Source of the DNA: Trichinella spiralis
Taxonomy: Eukaryota
Assembly (NCBI RefSeq): GCF_000181795.1
Contig: NW_003526943.1
Span: forward strand, 4,057,228 to 4,121,227
Direction of reading: 5' to 3'
Length of the DNA stretch: 64,000 bases
The notes beneath the pieces are model-generated. The model saw only the letters and a program-made list of their open reading frames with translations, did no database searches and had not been told where the DNA came from. The position numbers and the translations under genes are program-made. This document shows positions 37,770-51,298 of this stretch, in pieces (the first letter of the stretch is position 1; every line of letters starts with the position of its first letter).

Positions 37770-39706
37770 AATCATAAATGATAGATCAGATCTTAGAGCT
37801 GGAACAGCGGCAGCAGTTTATATGAAAAACGAGAAACAAAAGCGCTGAAAAGCTGGTCAGCTGTGGCCCTCAGAAATCACCTTAACCTAACCAGCTGCTG
37901 CTGCTGACCAGTCGACCAACCAACCCGACCGCCGACCGACTGACCGATCGACCAGTTGACCAACCAAAAAATAACCAATGAACCAACCAACCAACCAACG
38001 AAAAAGAAGCTTTTCAAAAATTGCTTTTGCCATAAGAAAAGTCCACTTTTTGAAGAAAACATAAACAAACAAACACCAAGTTGTTTATTACTTCTTCTTC
38101 TTATGTACGTGCATATGAAGATTGGTTGGAAAATAAAATAAGACTAAAACTGACTGCTTGGATGAAGCATGGAAAAATTAATCTGACAATTTATAATATC
38201 AAATGAAAAAAAGAATCCAACGCTCTCATCTTACCTGGTTTCTTCAAAGAAACAAACAAATAAACAACAACAACAACAACAACAACAACTGCTACTGGTC
38301 GTTTGTGCTTGCAACATTATGCTTGACAAGTGACAATTTTCCGTGCAAGAAAATAACTAAAATACTAGTCGTCTCTTTTGAAATATCATCGACAGGCAGG
38401 GTTGGTTGGTTGGAAGCATGAAAACAACACCGTTGGCACAATTACCGTTCAACTGTGCAACCGCAGTGAGATATTTTCCTCACCGTATCTATCCATCCAT
38501 CGTTGGAGGTCAATCGGATGGACAAATGGACACTGATCCTCCTCCCTATCCCCAGGATCTTTACTTCAATCGGCCTCTCCATTCATATACCGACCGACTG
38601 AACTGACCAGAGACAGAAAGAGAGAAAGAGAGAGAGGGAGAGGGAGATAGAGGGATAAATAAGCAGCCAATGACAACAGACAATTTTAAAAATGGGCCGA
38701 ATGATACAACGACACCACCATTAACATTAGCTGACCAACAGGCAGACTGACCCGCCGACTGACACGGGCCGTTGACGAAAATCAATTCCCACCGTCACTC
38801 ACATTCACGCACGCACGCACACACAATTGCACACCAACCACACCACATTTGAAGCTTTCTCTAACTCCATCTATACGCACACGCTGTGAAAATAAGAAAC
38901 GTAGACATATACACACACACACACGTCTGTCACCAACTATGAACATGTGTGATTTGCATTCTTTTCGACGACAAATAAATAAAAACATCCTCTGCACAAG
39001 CTTAAAGCTATTCATTTTCTTTTTTGTTTCTAAATTGCCACACCCACTTGTTTTTTTTTTCAAAAACAAAATTCATTTTACGAAAAAGCAAAAATGAAAA
39101 TACTGGACGTGTATTTCAACCGATGACCGACCAACTGGCGCTTATTGAATTTGCTAGCGGAAGACAAGAAAAAAAAATAACTGAAACGTGCCATTCCTCT
39201 CTCTCCAGTAGGAAAAAAACAGCAATAACAACAACAAGAAGAAGAAGTCAACACGCACAAAAAAATCTCTTCTTATTCAGCATTCAGTACCAACAATTAT
39301 CATGCTCAAAAAATAATAAACAACAAAAATGTTTCGTTTTACACTTTCTACAACTGTTCCACCACTCCCACAATTGAGCAGAACCTATACAAAATGATAT
39401 TATTGAACAAACGTTCACTATTGAACATATTACAAAAACACATATTTATTCTACACGTCATCTTTTTTTTCAAACAATACACACATTTTTCGTTGGTTTG
39501 TCAAGCGAAATGCCCGAGTGTAATGACTTGACTACTCTCGACAATAGACAATTTGAACAATTCCCATAATATTTAAATTCAATTTTATTTTCAATTTATA
39601 TATAAATTTCACATGTGCAAAAATCCAGTTGCACATTTATTCTTGACAAAACTGGACATTAAGCATTTTACAATCGAAAGTGCAAAAATGCCGACAACGC
39701 GACATC

Positions 39707-39751
<45 letters not shown>

Positions 39752-42700
39752 TTATAACATAATAATCGAAAAAAAATTCCAACTTTCTCGAGCATTTTAA
39801 CAATTTTAAAACATAACACATTAAATGTTATGAAAGAAAAAAAAGGTTTTTGTTTTCTTTCACACGTTTTCACACGCGCGCACGCACCATTCCACCATAT
39901 TCAAAAACAAGTTCACGACAGAAATTTACAGTATACTTAAATTGAAATCAAGTACAATATGAACAATGGTAAAAATACAAAAAGTATTTTCTTCAACAAT
40001 TTTTGTTATCTTTTGACAATAAAAATAAATTCGTTTCACACTGGTTAACTAATGCAAGAAAACAACATTAACTGAAATTACGTAAAGTTTATATCGACAG
40101 GCAGACAGACATTTTCAAAAAAGGACTTTTTTTAAACAACAATTACTAATTACAAATATTCCAACCATAATAATTTAAAAGTAATTTCATAAATTAAGCA
40201 AAAAATACCCAAAAAAACACCTACATATATTTTTAAAAAGTTTTCACTCACTGATGAAGCTGCACTATTGATGATTCAAAAATCAACTTTTAAATAAGCA
40301 ACACATACATTTATGGTGAAACATTTACTGCCGCAAAGTTTTATCACATTTACAGACTATAAAACAGCAAAATTTAATAAAATATACATTAAAGCAACTT
40401 CCTCAATAACAATACTGCAATTGTAAATGTTCATTTTTAAAATTTGCAACTAATAATAGGCCTTGAATAGGCATTAAAAAGCATGCTGCCAGCTAAAAGC
40501 TAAATGGATCAATAATTTAAATGATAATCTGCTAAAATTCAATTGCATCATTCACGAAGTTATTCCAAATCTTGAAAGAAATTACTGAACCGACAATTTA
40601 AAAATTAAAAGTTCAATTTCTATGTAACAGTTGAATTATTTGACAAGTATCGTTCTTGTCAAATTGCCGATCAAAATTACTGATTACGATAAAACAGAAC
40701 GTCAGCATTAAAATTGTTCAGATAGACTGTTCATTTCCTATAATTTCCTAGTAATGGATGATTTTTGAAAATGTAACCCATTTTAAAATTCGAAACACTG
40801 ACAAGAAAATTTTTATCATCTGAAGCATCATACACTTCCTTATAAACCTGACAAAACCCTGCATACTCTGTGTGTTCACATGGTCAAAGTTACATCAATC
40901 AACTTGATAATAAAAAGCAAAAATGAAAACAATAAAAACCGTTCAGGGTTGAAGATTTTTGTCAGCTAACAAATAAGCAAAAAACACTGGTATAATTTTT
41001 ACAAAATATCATTTGTGTTGTATTTTATTTTCATTTCAACCTTCATTGCTTCGGTAAAATTAAAAACACAACAACAAATATCTCAAATGCTATCCAACAG
41101 CAACAAAAAACCCATAAAATATCACAGATAAAATGTTGCATTAAAAACAATTTCACTTCTACAAGAGTGATCGTAAAAAAATGGGAAGCTCGAAATGTTC
41201 AACCGTAAATGAATATAACAGTAAAACAGCACTATTTCAATACAATAAATAAATATTTCGAGAAAGTTCCCAAAAGGTAATAAAATATTCACGTTTTGAT
41301 CAATAAAAAAGTTACAGAAAAATGATCGACAAAAACATTCCTAATTAACGCAGAGATTCTATAATTGTTATTCTCAAGGACATGGCATGCAAATTAGCAT
41401 TTCAATTCACCCCTGTAACACAATAAAGCGCTAATGCGATTCAGAATCGATAATCTAAAAAAATGTTTGCAATTTTAAACGAAACAAAATAACAAATTAC
41501 AATGCCTCTCCTGTTCGTTCATTAGTAATTTGCATGCTCGTTAGCTCTTTTAAAATCGTAACAAGCTAAATTTTAAAAAAATCTTCAAAAAACAGAAAAA
41601 CCAGCTCGCCAGTAAACAAGGGCGAAAAAAGCAGTTAATTATTACAGGAAGAAGAAAAATAATATATTAAGTTATTACTGATCGCTGAAGCATACCTTTT
41701 TTCGAAAAGAGTATCTGAACGAGAAACGCGATGGAACCATTTTCTCAAAGGTTCGCCTTCAGAAAAACCGTTCTTCAACAACACTGTCCGTCGGACCGAA
41801 TCGGCAAGGATAAATCCTCGCAAGCTAATCAATAGGGGGCAGTTTAATCACTTACACCATGAAAGAACCACTCCGTCTCGGCTTCAATTACAAATGAATC
41901 GCAATCGAACGGATCACTTGCATTCGGAAAGAACAACTCCCAGAGAGATGGCACAAAATTTCATTAAGCCTTTAAATATATGCCATCTTGAATGGGCTTG
42001 ACAGACTATCGATTGCACTATGATCCAATGGCAAATTTTATTCAACTAGTGTAAAACAGTGCGTTGGATCTGGAAGATTTGCAAATGCATTACCGTTGTC
42101 AAGAAAAACAACCTTCAAATCAAAACCCTATTTTGATTCTTCTTCTAATTAGCAGTCAAAATCAAACTCATACTTACAACTGAAATATAACAGGAATAAT
42201 AATTCAAATATTTTTATTCAAAAGAGAAAAACGGGAAAACTGAAATAATTGAACACAAACTACTCGTCTGAAAAACAACAATTATGCATATATAGGAAAA
42301 AATTTCACAGTGTGAAATAAATTCATTCAAAGTCTTATTTTCAATAAAATATTATTTTTTTAACCATTAATGACAAACTGCTCACTTATTATTTACAAAC
42401 CGAATTTCAAGTAAAAGAATACATTTCTGGAAAAAACTGTGCACTGAAACGAATATCTAGTGAGGCATAAATTTTAAGATCACATGAGTGATAAACATTA
42501 CAGATCAATCAACTCATTCATTATCAATTAACTAAATCGATTCAATTTATTTCAAATATATGCTAAACGTTTATCACTGTCAACATCAACATTGTACGTG
42601 ACAATCATTTACAGTATTACCCCAAAGAACAACGCTTTACGCCAATTTTTCACGTTATACTACCAAGAACTGATACGCTTTAATTATTCTCGAATTATCA

Positions 42701-43002
42701 GTATTAACATAGTATTTTTTTTACCATACTTCCGATGTACACATCGCTCAACATTTAATTTAAAAAAATAAATACTTGGCCATGTCTTTTAATTTGATCT
42801 AATCATTTCCAACTGAAATGCTACAAAAGCATAAGCATACCTCGCCTTTTTCAAGAAGCTGAAAGTAATGGCTTAAAAATGCTACAGGATCATCAGGCTG
42901 AGCGATACACAGTCGAACCACGGCTCGTTTGATCAGATCAGATATGTTATGCCTTTCTAAGTAATCTTCGCAAAGTCTGGCCCATGCAGATTGGTGACTC
43001 AT
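28332..43002 (-). CDS. kin-2: cAMP-dependent protein kinase type I regulatory subunit (kin-2/PRKAR1 ortholog), canonical D/D-domain isoform
   Basis: Exons are 42841-43002 (D/D domain [37 protein letters not shown]), 30714-30875 (pseudosubstrate RRGAVSAE), 29468-29559, 29322-29383, 29103-29248 ([16 protein letters not shown]), 28911-29031, 28717-28838, 28576-28657 and 28332-28504 ([15 protein letters not shown] ... YNSYVNLLT*). All junctions are GT-AG and in frame. Confidence 0.96.
31098..31131. repeat. (TAAA)n microsatellite
   Basis: Directly visible tandem repeat. Confidence 0.9.
31158..31178 (-). CDS. Candidate alternative first micro-exon of PKA-R (MACLASY)
   Basis: AAAAATGGCTTGTCTGGCCAGTTAT|GTAAGT has an A-rich start context, a perfect donor and phase 0. 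Confidence 0.55.
32194..32226 (-). CDS. Candidate alternative first exon of PKA-R ([11 protein letters not shown])
   Basis: AAATAG|AAAAACAAAAATG...TGGGTG|GTACGT, phase 0. Confidence 0.4.
37012..37224 (-). CDS. kin-2: Alternative first coding exon of PKA-R (MGNKLRKQ...RAESNK), lacking the D/D domain
   Basis: This GC-rich 71-codon ORF ends AAC AAG|GTAAAC (phase 0), matching the phase-0 acceptor TTCAG|GTG at 30875. Confidence 0.75.
37733..37767. repeat. (CTG)n microsatellite upstream of the MGN alternative exon
   Basis: A run of about 11 CTG units is directly visible. Confidence 0.9.
39709..39747. repeat. (TA)n microsatellite
   Basis: Directly visible. Confidence 0.9.
41696..41740 (-). CDS. 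Candidate alternative first exon of PKA-R ([15 protein letters not shown])
   Basis: GAGAAAATG...CGAAAAAAG|GTATGC, phase 0, with an in-frame stop upstream of the ATG. It lies in a locally GC-richer island. Confidence 0.45.
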
Positions 43003-46000
43003 CACAAGGCCGTCGTCGTTTCCTTTGCCAAATATTGACTAAACAACCAAATTGAAAATGATACTGGAATTTTTAACACCGTTTCAAAAATGCTAAAAAT
43101 CATTTATAACTAAATACATTAACTAGCATTCCAACTGTGATCGCATACAATTCATTTTCATTTTAAAACTTGTCATTAAAATGTCACTGTGTATTCAGAA
43201 TTATCTTCCACACAAAATAACAATAGAAAATTGAACTTTTGAACAATGCCTACTATCATTTCTGATATAGAAGAAAAATTAATAATAAGATTACTACAAA
43301 TATACAGCCATTCAACAATCACAATAAATTCCATTGCTAAATGAAAAACTGTAAATCACAATGACATTTTAAAAATTACATCAGAACAAAATTCATACCG
43401 ACATGATTGAAAATGGAAGCATATTCGCTGAACCTTCTTCAATATATCCTCCTTCTTACGTCGTTAACACATAATATGACCATGCGGCATGATAACTATT
43501 TTCAAAAATAACACTAATACAGTTTGTAAAAACATCCACTGCATTAACGTCTCAAGCGAACAAAAGAAAATATATGTATAAATATAAATGCATATAAATA
43601 TATTATTTATTTCTTTATTTATTTATAAAAGAACTAAATGTAACTAAATTACCACAATTACCATTTACGATTACATTTTAATTTATAAAACATTTATTTA
43701 TCGTTTAATTATTATTTAATCAACTGTCAAAAAATATAAAAAGGATGATCAAATATCTAATATTATCAGACTGAAGACAGTTTAAACAAGTAAACAAACA
43801 ATTAAATGCTGAAAAAATTAAATCAGTAATAAAAATTCAATCAAAATGCATTACTAATAACAGTCCTCCTCCTTAATCATATTTATGTTGATCGATCGTC
43901 ACTTTCAAACACTAACAATTATCGCCTAACAGCTGCCTACATCTGAAGCATTTGAAGCATGCATACATAGTACGTTGCGGATAACTTTCTATGTATTCAA
44001 GTGCAAACGGAAATTCTCTGTAAACTGTGAAAAATAAAATTTATCTGTTTATAACTTCTTAAGTAAATTTCATAAATATATATATATGTAAAAAAGCAGC
44101 TTCATATTTCAAATGCACAAATATTGAAATCTATAATAATATTACTCAAAAAGCAACAACAGCTAAATTCTTAATCACAAGAAAACGGCTGCTCTTTATT
44201 TTGCTGCTAGCGTTATTTCTATTTTAGTATGATAGTAACAATATTTAAAAAGTGAAATAAAAACAATAGCGTTGGTAAAAACTTAATTTTCGATAACAGA
44301 CACGCCCATCATAACAGTTATAATACAAGTCAAAGCAGAATATAAAGAAAATGAGAAAACAAAAGCATGCAATGAATTTAATAAACGGCTTTGGAAGTTT
44401 TAGATTTATTGCCAGTTAAATTTACAACTAATTCAGAAAAAGCTAAACAACATCGTGTGCTGCTGAAATGCTATGCAATTTCCAACTTTTATGCATATTA
44501 ATATGAAAATGAACAATCATAAAAATACTGGTTTTGAAAATATTTATGTGCATTAAAAAAAACTTAACCATATTAAAAATATTAATCAAGAAGCATAAAT
44601 TAGCTCAAGTATAGAAACTTAAAATGTGCAATTTGAAAAACTGTGAAAACAGGAGGATTTTTCTGCAATTAACCATAATAATACGTAATTATGCTGTATG
44701 TATGCAAACAATGTTAAATACTAAATAAAATGAGTTTAAAACAATTTTTCGTTGATAAGATTTTAAATTTACAAATAACATTTGAATATCCTAATAAAAC
44801 TGCGTCACGCCATGAACCAAAAATTACAAATTTATTTTAACAGGGATACTATAGTCGTGAAAGAGCAATGGGATTTGCATTGAGCAACATGGTACAAATA
44901 AAAATAATTTAAATGTAATGTATTTTCAAAAAATAAAAAGCTACCTTACCTGGAGTCAAAAAAGTAATGCTTAACGCTGGTTTCAGAATATTTTATAGTA
45001 AGATACAAGAAATATTATGATAAATGAAAATCATGTTCTCATGATTTTAATTTAATTTTATTTCAAGCTTGCACATTTTGACAGCCTATATAAGCAGAAG
45101 CTTACTTTAATCGTGCATATTTCAAATAGTAAATAATTAAAATAATTAAATAACAGAATTTTTTTGCATTAAAGACAAATGTAGAATATTTTAAGAAAAG
45201 ATGTGTTGATTGTTCGCTTTTTTGATTTTACATTTTACAGCCACTTACGATGGGGAATTAAGGCATTATTTAAAAACAAAAATTAAATGAACAAAATAAA
45301 ATATAATAAATTTATAATATTTTTTCCAGTTTTTAAAATAAAAAAATATTTGACAAAAACAGTAGCTAGCTAGATTTGAACTTAATTGAAACGAGACAAG
45401 ATACTGTACAAAAAAGGTATTGATGATGTGTTGTGGCCGGTGTGCGTGTGTGACATCCAGTGAACAGTTTCGACCGTGTATGTTAATATTGATTTACATT
45501 TGTGCTAGTTATTTTTAATTGTAGTGCTCATATTATTATCTTGTTTATCGAGTAAATTGTGTGTGTGTGTGTTTTACTTGTGCCGTTGATTGATGAACCG
45601 GTCATGTTGCGAAGTACGCTTGCACGGATATCAAGCCAAATCAAACCAGATTTAATTTATTGCTCCAGCAAATTTACAGTCCACTTAATACTATTTTATA
45701 TGTTTCGTTGCAGTTTGTTAACTGTTGTGGTTGTTTCCTAGCGTATTATTATTATTATTATTTAACTGAATGCATGGTGAAAATTCAAAATTTTATGCAA
45801 ATTCATCACTTCTGTTTATTATTCTGTTGTTTGTTATTTGATTTCTCTTATTCCTGAACAAAATATCAGATTTCTAAATATTGTTTGATTTATTTTGAGA
45901 AAAAACTGTTTTCTGGAATAATGAGATGAATAAAAAAAATGAAGAATAGTTACGATTGTATAATGATAATTAAATTTAAAAGAATTAAATGACTCAGTAA

Positions 46001-47091
46001 TTTTATGTAAAATCAATTTCAGCAATACATGGAAACATTTAATTTTGTTAAGTTTGCAAATTTTGCACGTATTCAAAATTTATATACCTTCGATTTGAAA
46101 GTTCAATACAACTGCTGATCACTCGGCTGCTGTGGTTTAGCAGAAAATTTTCATCAAACTTTAAAGGATTTCAACTATACAAAATGGGTAGCAGATACTG
46201 TTGGTGGGCTAGGACCGATACTGAATTCCAGTGCAGGCAGAAAAGCGGCGACCGGCGATGTTTTTCTTTTCTTCTTGAATTCTACATCTCTGTTGTACTA
46301 AACATTTAAGCTGACAAACTTTTCTTGAATTATTTTGTATCATCCCTGTGAAGAGATGTTCAAGAAATTATGAATATTTCACTTCCTCCTGGAATTTAAC
46401 CACCAGATCTTTTCCAGATTGTTTAAGTTTCAAAGGCATTGCTATAAAACAGCAATATTTTTGCCCGTACGCAAACAACATATTGCTGATAGCAGTTTTT
46501 CTCTTATGAATGCATGAATACTAGTGAAGCAGGATTTTTAATGAAGTGCTCAAGTACTGTAAAGTTCTGTCCGCCAGAAATTTGTTTTTACATAGTAGAC
46601 ATCCAAATTCAGTTTATGCACTTTGATGTAGCATGAAGTATTATTCAGAAATTACAAATTTCTGGAGAAATTTTAATTAATCCCAGGGGCTGATATCCAT
46701 GAAATGTTTATGCTATCGTGTTATTTCATAGCCAGAAACAGTCAGTTGTTTCGCCTTCAAGCTAGTTGCGTATTTTTAGTGGGAAAGCACATAGGCTGTT
46801 GATCAACACCAGTAGTATGACACAGAAGCAGGTTACTGAGGTGCCTGAGTTTCGTCCAAGTGCTTTCGCATCAAGAAAATGTTGAAATTTGAGTAGCTAT
46901 TCTGAACCACTGTCTGAGCACTCGCCAAATTGCATCGCTTTATACAGTTTGTAAAATTAGTTCTTTCAGTATCTGTACAATTGCTGAGTGGTTTTTCAAT
47001 ATTGTGGATAACCCTTCAATTACAAAGGTGGGCCGACCATATGACCATACAGTTTTAAAGTAATCTTCCAAACGCTTTCATCTGGAAAATA

Positions 47092-48478
47092 CAGGCATAC
47101 CCCGCTTAGCGCTGTTTTGCTACATCACTGAAACGATTTTATTATATCATGTTTATTGAGTTATTTCATTCATTCTATCAATCTTTTATAGTAACTGGTT
47201 TGGATTCTGTTACTTTTTCATATATTTGATCATATATTTTTGATATGTTCTGTTCAATATTTCACAACGACGGCCTTAGCAATGATGATTTGAAACAACT
47301 AGCAGAGCTGCGCACTGATAATAAACCAACAGTCATTGATTCAAAAGAGGATATATCTTTGAGAACTGTAACAGCCGAATTCCCCAAGAACAGCATCACC
47401 AACATTACACAAACCATGGGCCTGTTCATAGAACAGGATACTGTTGATGAGTTCCAAAGCTAGACGGGATGTTCTTGAAATGATATCTTGTTATCAAGAA
47501 ATTCGACATGAGAGAAAACATAGGAAGCGACAGTTAACGCTTGATAGTTTCATCACCAAGAAATCTAAAGTTGAGGAATCAAAGACTGGTCTGGGATCAC
47601 AGTGATAAATACGAACAGTAAAGTGTGTAAACATTTTTTATAAATACAGTGGGCCCTCAACATTTACGGGTTCAACATTCAAGGAATTCAAAGCCGTCAA
47701 AAAGATAGATCCTATTTTTAGACCTTACTGTGCATGTATGCTGTGGATCTGCAGGTTCAGTGCAAGGTTGTCTCCGCTTATGTGGTTCCACACTATGACA
47801 GCAGTGATAACAACTTAACCAAACTGGGAGGCTAAATAATTTCTACTAATGCTAAGATGAAGAAGATAACATTAGGATGAAGGGAAAGGAGGTGCTGCGA
47901 ACAGGAAGTTGGCTTACTGCAGCACCGGTCCCGCGATTCCAGACGCTTGCTCCAGACTAGTCAACTAGTCCAGACATGTCTGGAAGTGCAGAATTTCCGC
48001 TTTCATGCTAGCACAGCCCAATACTGCGTGAGAAGAACGCAAAATCATGAAGCTACTATAGTCACAATGTTTTTTGATAGCAGTGTTTTTTAAGAAAGAT
48101 ACACCGGGCAGTCCATCCACTTCCGGCAATGATTTTGACTGTTGAACCCTTAATCAAAAGAATAAAAAAAATAAATACATGATAAATATTTAACATGCAA
48201 ATCAGTAGACGGCCCGTGATATTTCTTGCAGCTTTTAGACAATTGCATAGACATCGGCGGGGTGTGTGAATAGAAGTGGTAAGTATTCGCGGAAATTGGA
48301 CATTCGCAGTTCCGCTGGAACGCACATATGGCGGATGTTGAGGGCAGACTGTATTGCAAATAAAATTTTTGTATATATTCTGACTTGTTAGAAGCGATGT
48401 ACTATAAACACATGCTATAACGACTCCGTACAGCGCTGTTTTGCTTAACGCTCGTTTTTCGGGAATGGGGTATGCCTA
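47092..48478 (+). mobile_element. Internally deleted Tigger/pogo-type DNA transposon relic
   Basis: The termini are TA|CAGGCATACCCC (47092) and GGGGTATGCCTA|TA (48478). The subterminal motif AGCGCTGTTTTGCT occurs at both ~47108 and ~48432. Internal sequence at ~47260-47560 translates as HNDGLSNDDLKQLAE...GLFIEQD...ISCYQEIRHERKHRKRQLTLDSF, like the C-terminus of Tigger/TIGD transposases. Confidence 0.75.
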
Positions 48479-51298
48479 TATTTCCATTTAATATTAGAAA
48501 ATTTCAAATTGGCATAACTGAAGTCAACGATTGCTGATCCAGGCTGAGCTTCTCTGAAGTTAACGGCAGCAACATCATTGCTGCGATACACTTTATGACT
48601 CCTTGGCTACAGTCTTCCTAGAATTCATGAAATGCTTCTAGTGTTTTTACTGTGGCTATAATCTCGAAGCGTCAAAGTTAGAAGCTACATCTTATTGTCT
48701 TATCTTATCTAAGAAACCCTTTCCTTGCCATTTATAACATTGACAATACGTATCAAATGACATCTACTTCAGTGATATCTGCGTAGAATTGTTGAATACT
48801 TTTGAAACAGTACCTCAGATCTGCATTTTCTAGAAGTTATTTTTCATTAGTTCTGTTTGCTGCTTCTTATTTTGACAACTAAACAAATCATCAGTATTAA
48901 TGCAGAGACAGTTATCTTTCCATAGATAGTTTGAATTTTGGTCAGTGCACAAAATTTATAAATTTTGAATTAGGCCTTTCAAAAGAGCAAAAAACAAGCT
49001 ACTTGAAATTGTTTTTCAAAACTTTTGAAAAGCGTTTTTGAAAAACTTCAAAACAACGAGACCAGATGTTAGAACTTCTCATGATATTCACGATCTGACA
49101 GCTGAAAAATTATTTTATAATCTGCTAATTGGCTAGAACTGCACTCCATATGGTGACTACTCAAGCGTATTAACATAAATCGCGTAAGCGTTAAGCTTTA
49201 GGCTAATAATGAAAGTAAATAGATAGCTAGTAAGTAGCATATTAGCAGGAAAACGGCCTCTTTCAGTTTTACTTTTGAAAACAGCCCTGCTAAATAAACA
49301 GCTATTAATTTTGAATGAGATACGATTCTAAAAGATCCATTTCAATTAATAAAATGAATTGAAAGTAATTAAATTGCTTTCCAGCAACAACAATAAGCTT
49401 TCGGTTAGAATTTTTCGTATGAACATTTCTGTTGCACATCGCAAGTGCATCGAATCCACGGAAAGGAATTTCCTTCAACATTATCATGCCATGCCATTTA
49501 TTCTGTCTACGACTATACTTTTTTATGCAAAATTGTGCATTTGACATGCCACATTTTAGCAATTATCATCTTAAGCAGAGGAGCATCTGTTAGCTATCTT
49601 TTTATTTTTATCATAAGGAAATAAACCTGTAGCAGCAATATCACTATAGATGGTTTTCTTCTTATGTTCTGATATACAAAGAAAAAAATATATATGTATT
49701 ATAAACAAAATTTAAGCTTCAGAAAACGTTAACAAATTAGCAAAGCTTTATTTTTGCTGCTTGGTTGAAATAGGTGACAATTTTTCTTATCGCTTTGTTT
49801 GTGTTATCAAAAGAATAAGTACAAATAAATTCAGTTGCTTTTGTTTTGTCTTTGAATTAACTGAATGCAGACTGCTGATTATGCATGCAAATATTTCTTG
49901 AAATGAATTGTATGTACAATATCATTCTCGGTTCTGTAAAATAAACTTTACAAGGCCACCTTTTACACTAATTCAATAATAAAAGATGTTAGTTTCAATA
50001 ACTTAGCATTGTAAATTTCAACTAGATTATTATTATTTAAAATTTCATAAGTATATTAAAATGAAGAATGTATGAGTAATTAAGATATTGATTTTTACAC
50101 TATGTAAATGGTTAACTCAATTTATATAAAAAAGTTTTAAAAAGCATTAAAATATAAACAATAATGTTTAATATTATTAGTCCATCTAAAGTATGGATGA
50201 ATTTTTTAATAATGTTGGAGGTGGACATAAAAGTATGGTTTTGCATTGCATTGCAAAAAAGATAGAATAAATTTCATTGCGTATGCGTTTAAATTTTTTG
50301 AACTATGGGAAAGCATGGTGCAGCACAAATTCGGGTTTCGTAGTTCAGTTTCAAATGTCTGAATCACCACTGAATTTAGTGGATACTGGTACCCCAGTGA
50401 AAAATCCAATGCAAATTGCCATTACCAAAAACAACATTGTGTCAATACCAAGTCAGCATAAAAATATAGGTCATAAGCAGTTGGCCGAAGTTGACGCTGA
50501 TGTATGAGTAGCAAAAGCTGCAGAATCCGCTAATAAATAGAAACCATAATTTTGTTTGTCATCATTTGCAGCCAGTGTTTTTGAATTTTATTAAAAATAA
50601 TATTTTACATGTGCATCTTTTCATTTCTTTTTATCCGACACTATTGTACAACATTCAAATTTATTATTTTCATTAAACTGACGCAGTTTTTAATCAAGCA
50701 ATGTATTTTAAAGTATTTTTTTTAGCTAACTGAAAGTTCTTCGGTGTATTTTTTCTACCTTAGATAGTTTAATTTTGCAAACGATGCTTTTTGCTGTTGA
50801 TATGAATAACAACAAATTTCAAGTTTAGTATCGTTGTTAAGTAAAGGAAGAAATTTTCATCCTTAGCTAATTAACTTGTCTATAGGTTAAAAGTAAACGA
50901 CTAATAAAAGCATATTCAAATGATACATTTTTCTAAACGTGTACCGTATTGTAATGAACTATAGGAATGATTATATGAATTTGACTTTCGACTTGACAGA
51001 AAAAAACATTTTATTTGTACTTTACTGGAAAATTGAATGTTCTATTATGCAAAGTGATAAATTTTTTCAGGTCTAATTTCAGTAATTTCAAATTTAAATC
51101 GGCATTCATGTTCATGGGCTGAAATTTCATTATATTATATTTTTATTATATATGATATTTGAAATAAACAGATACTGAATATTTTTCAATCGTTTTTTAA
51201 TTGAAAAATATACATTAAAAATCATCATTATTAGAACTTGAGAATATTGTTACGGTAATACGGCATTGTTGTGGCCTTTTTCCGTCGGAGTCGTGAGC

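Noticed and set aside
46100..47080. GC-elevated segment, possibly a decayed element or gene
   Set aside because: No motif, terminus or ORF could be identified.
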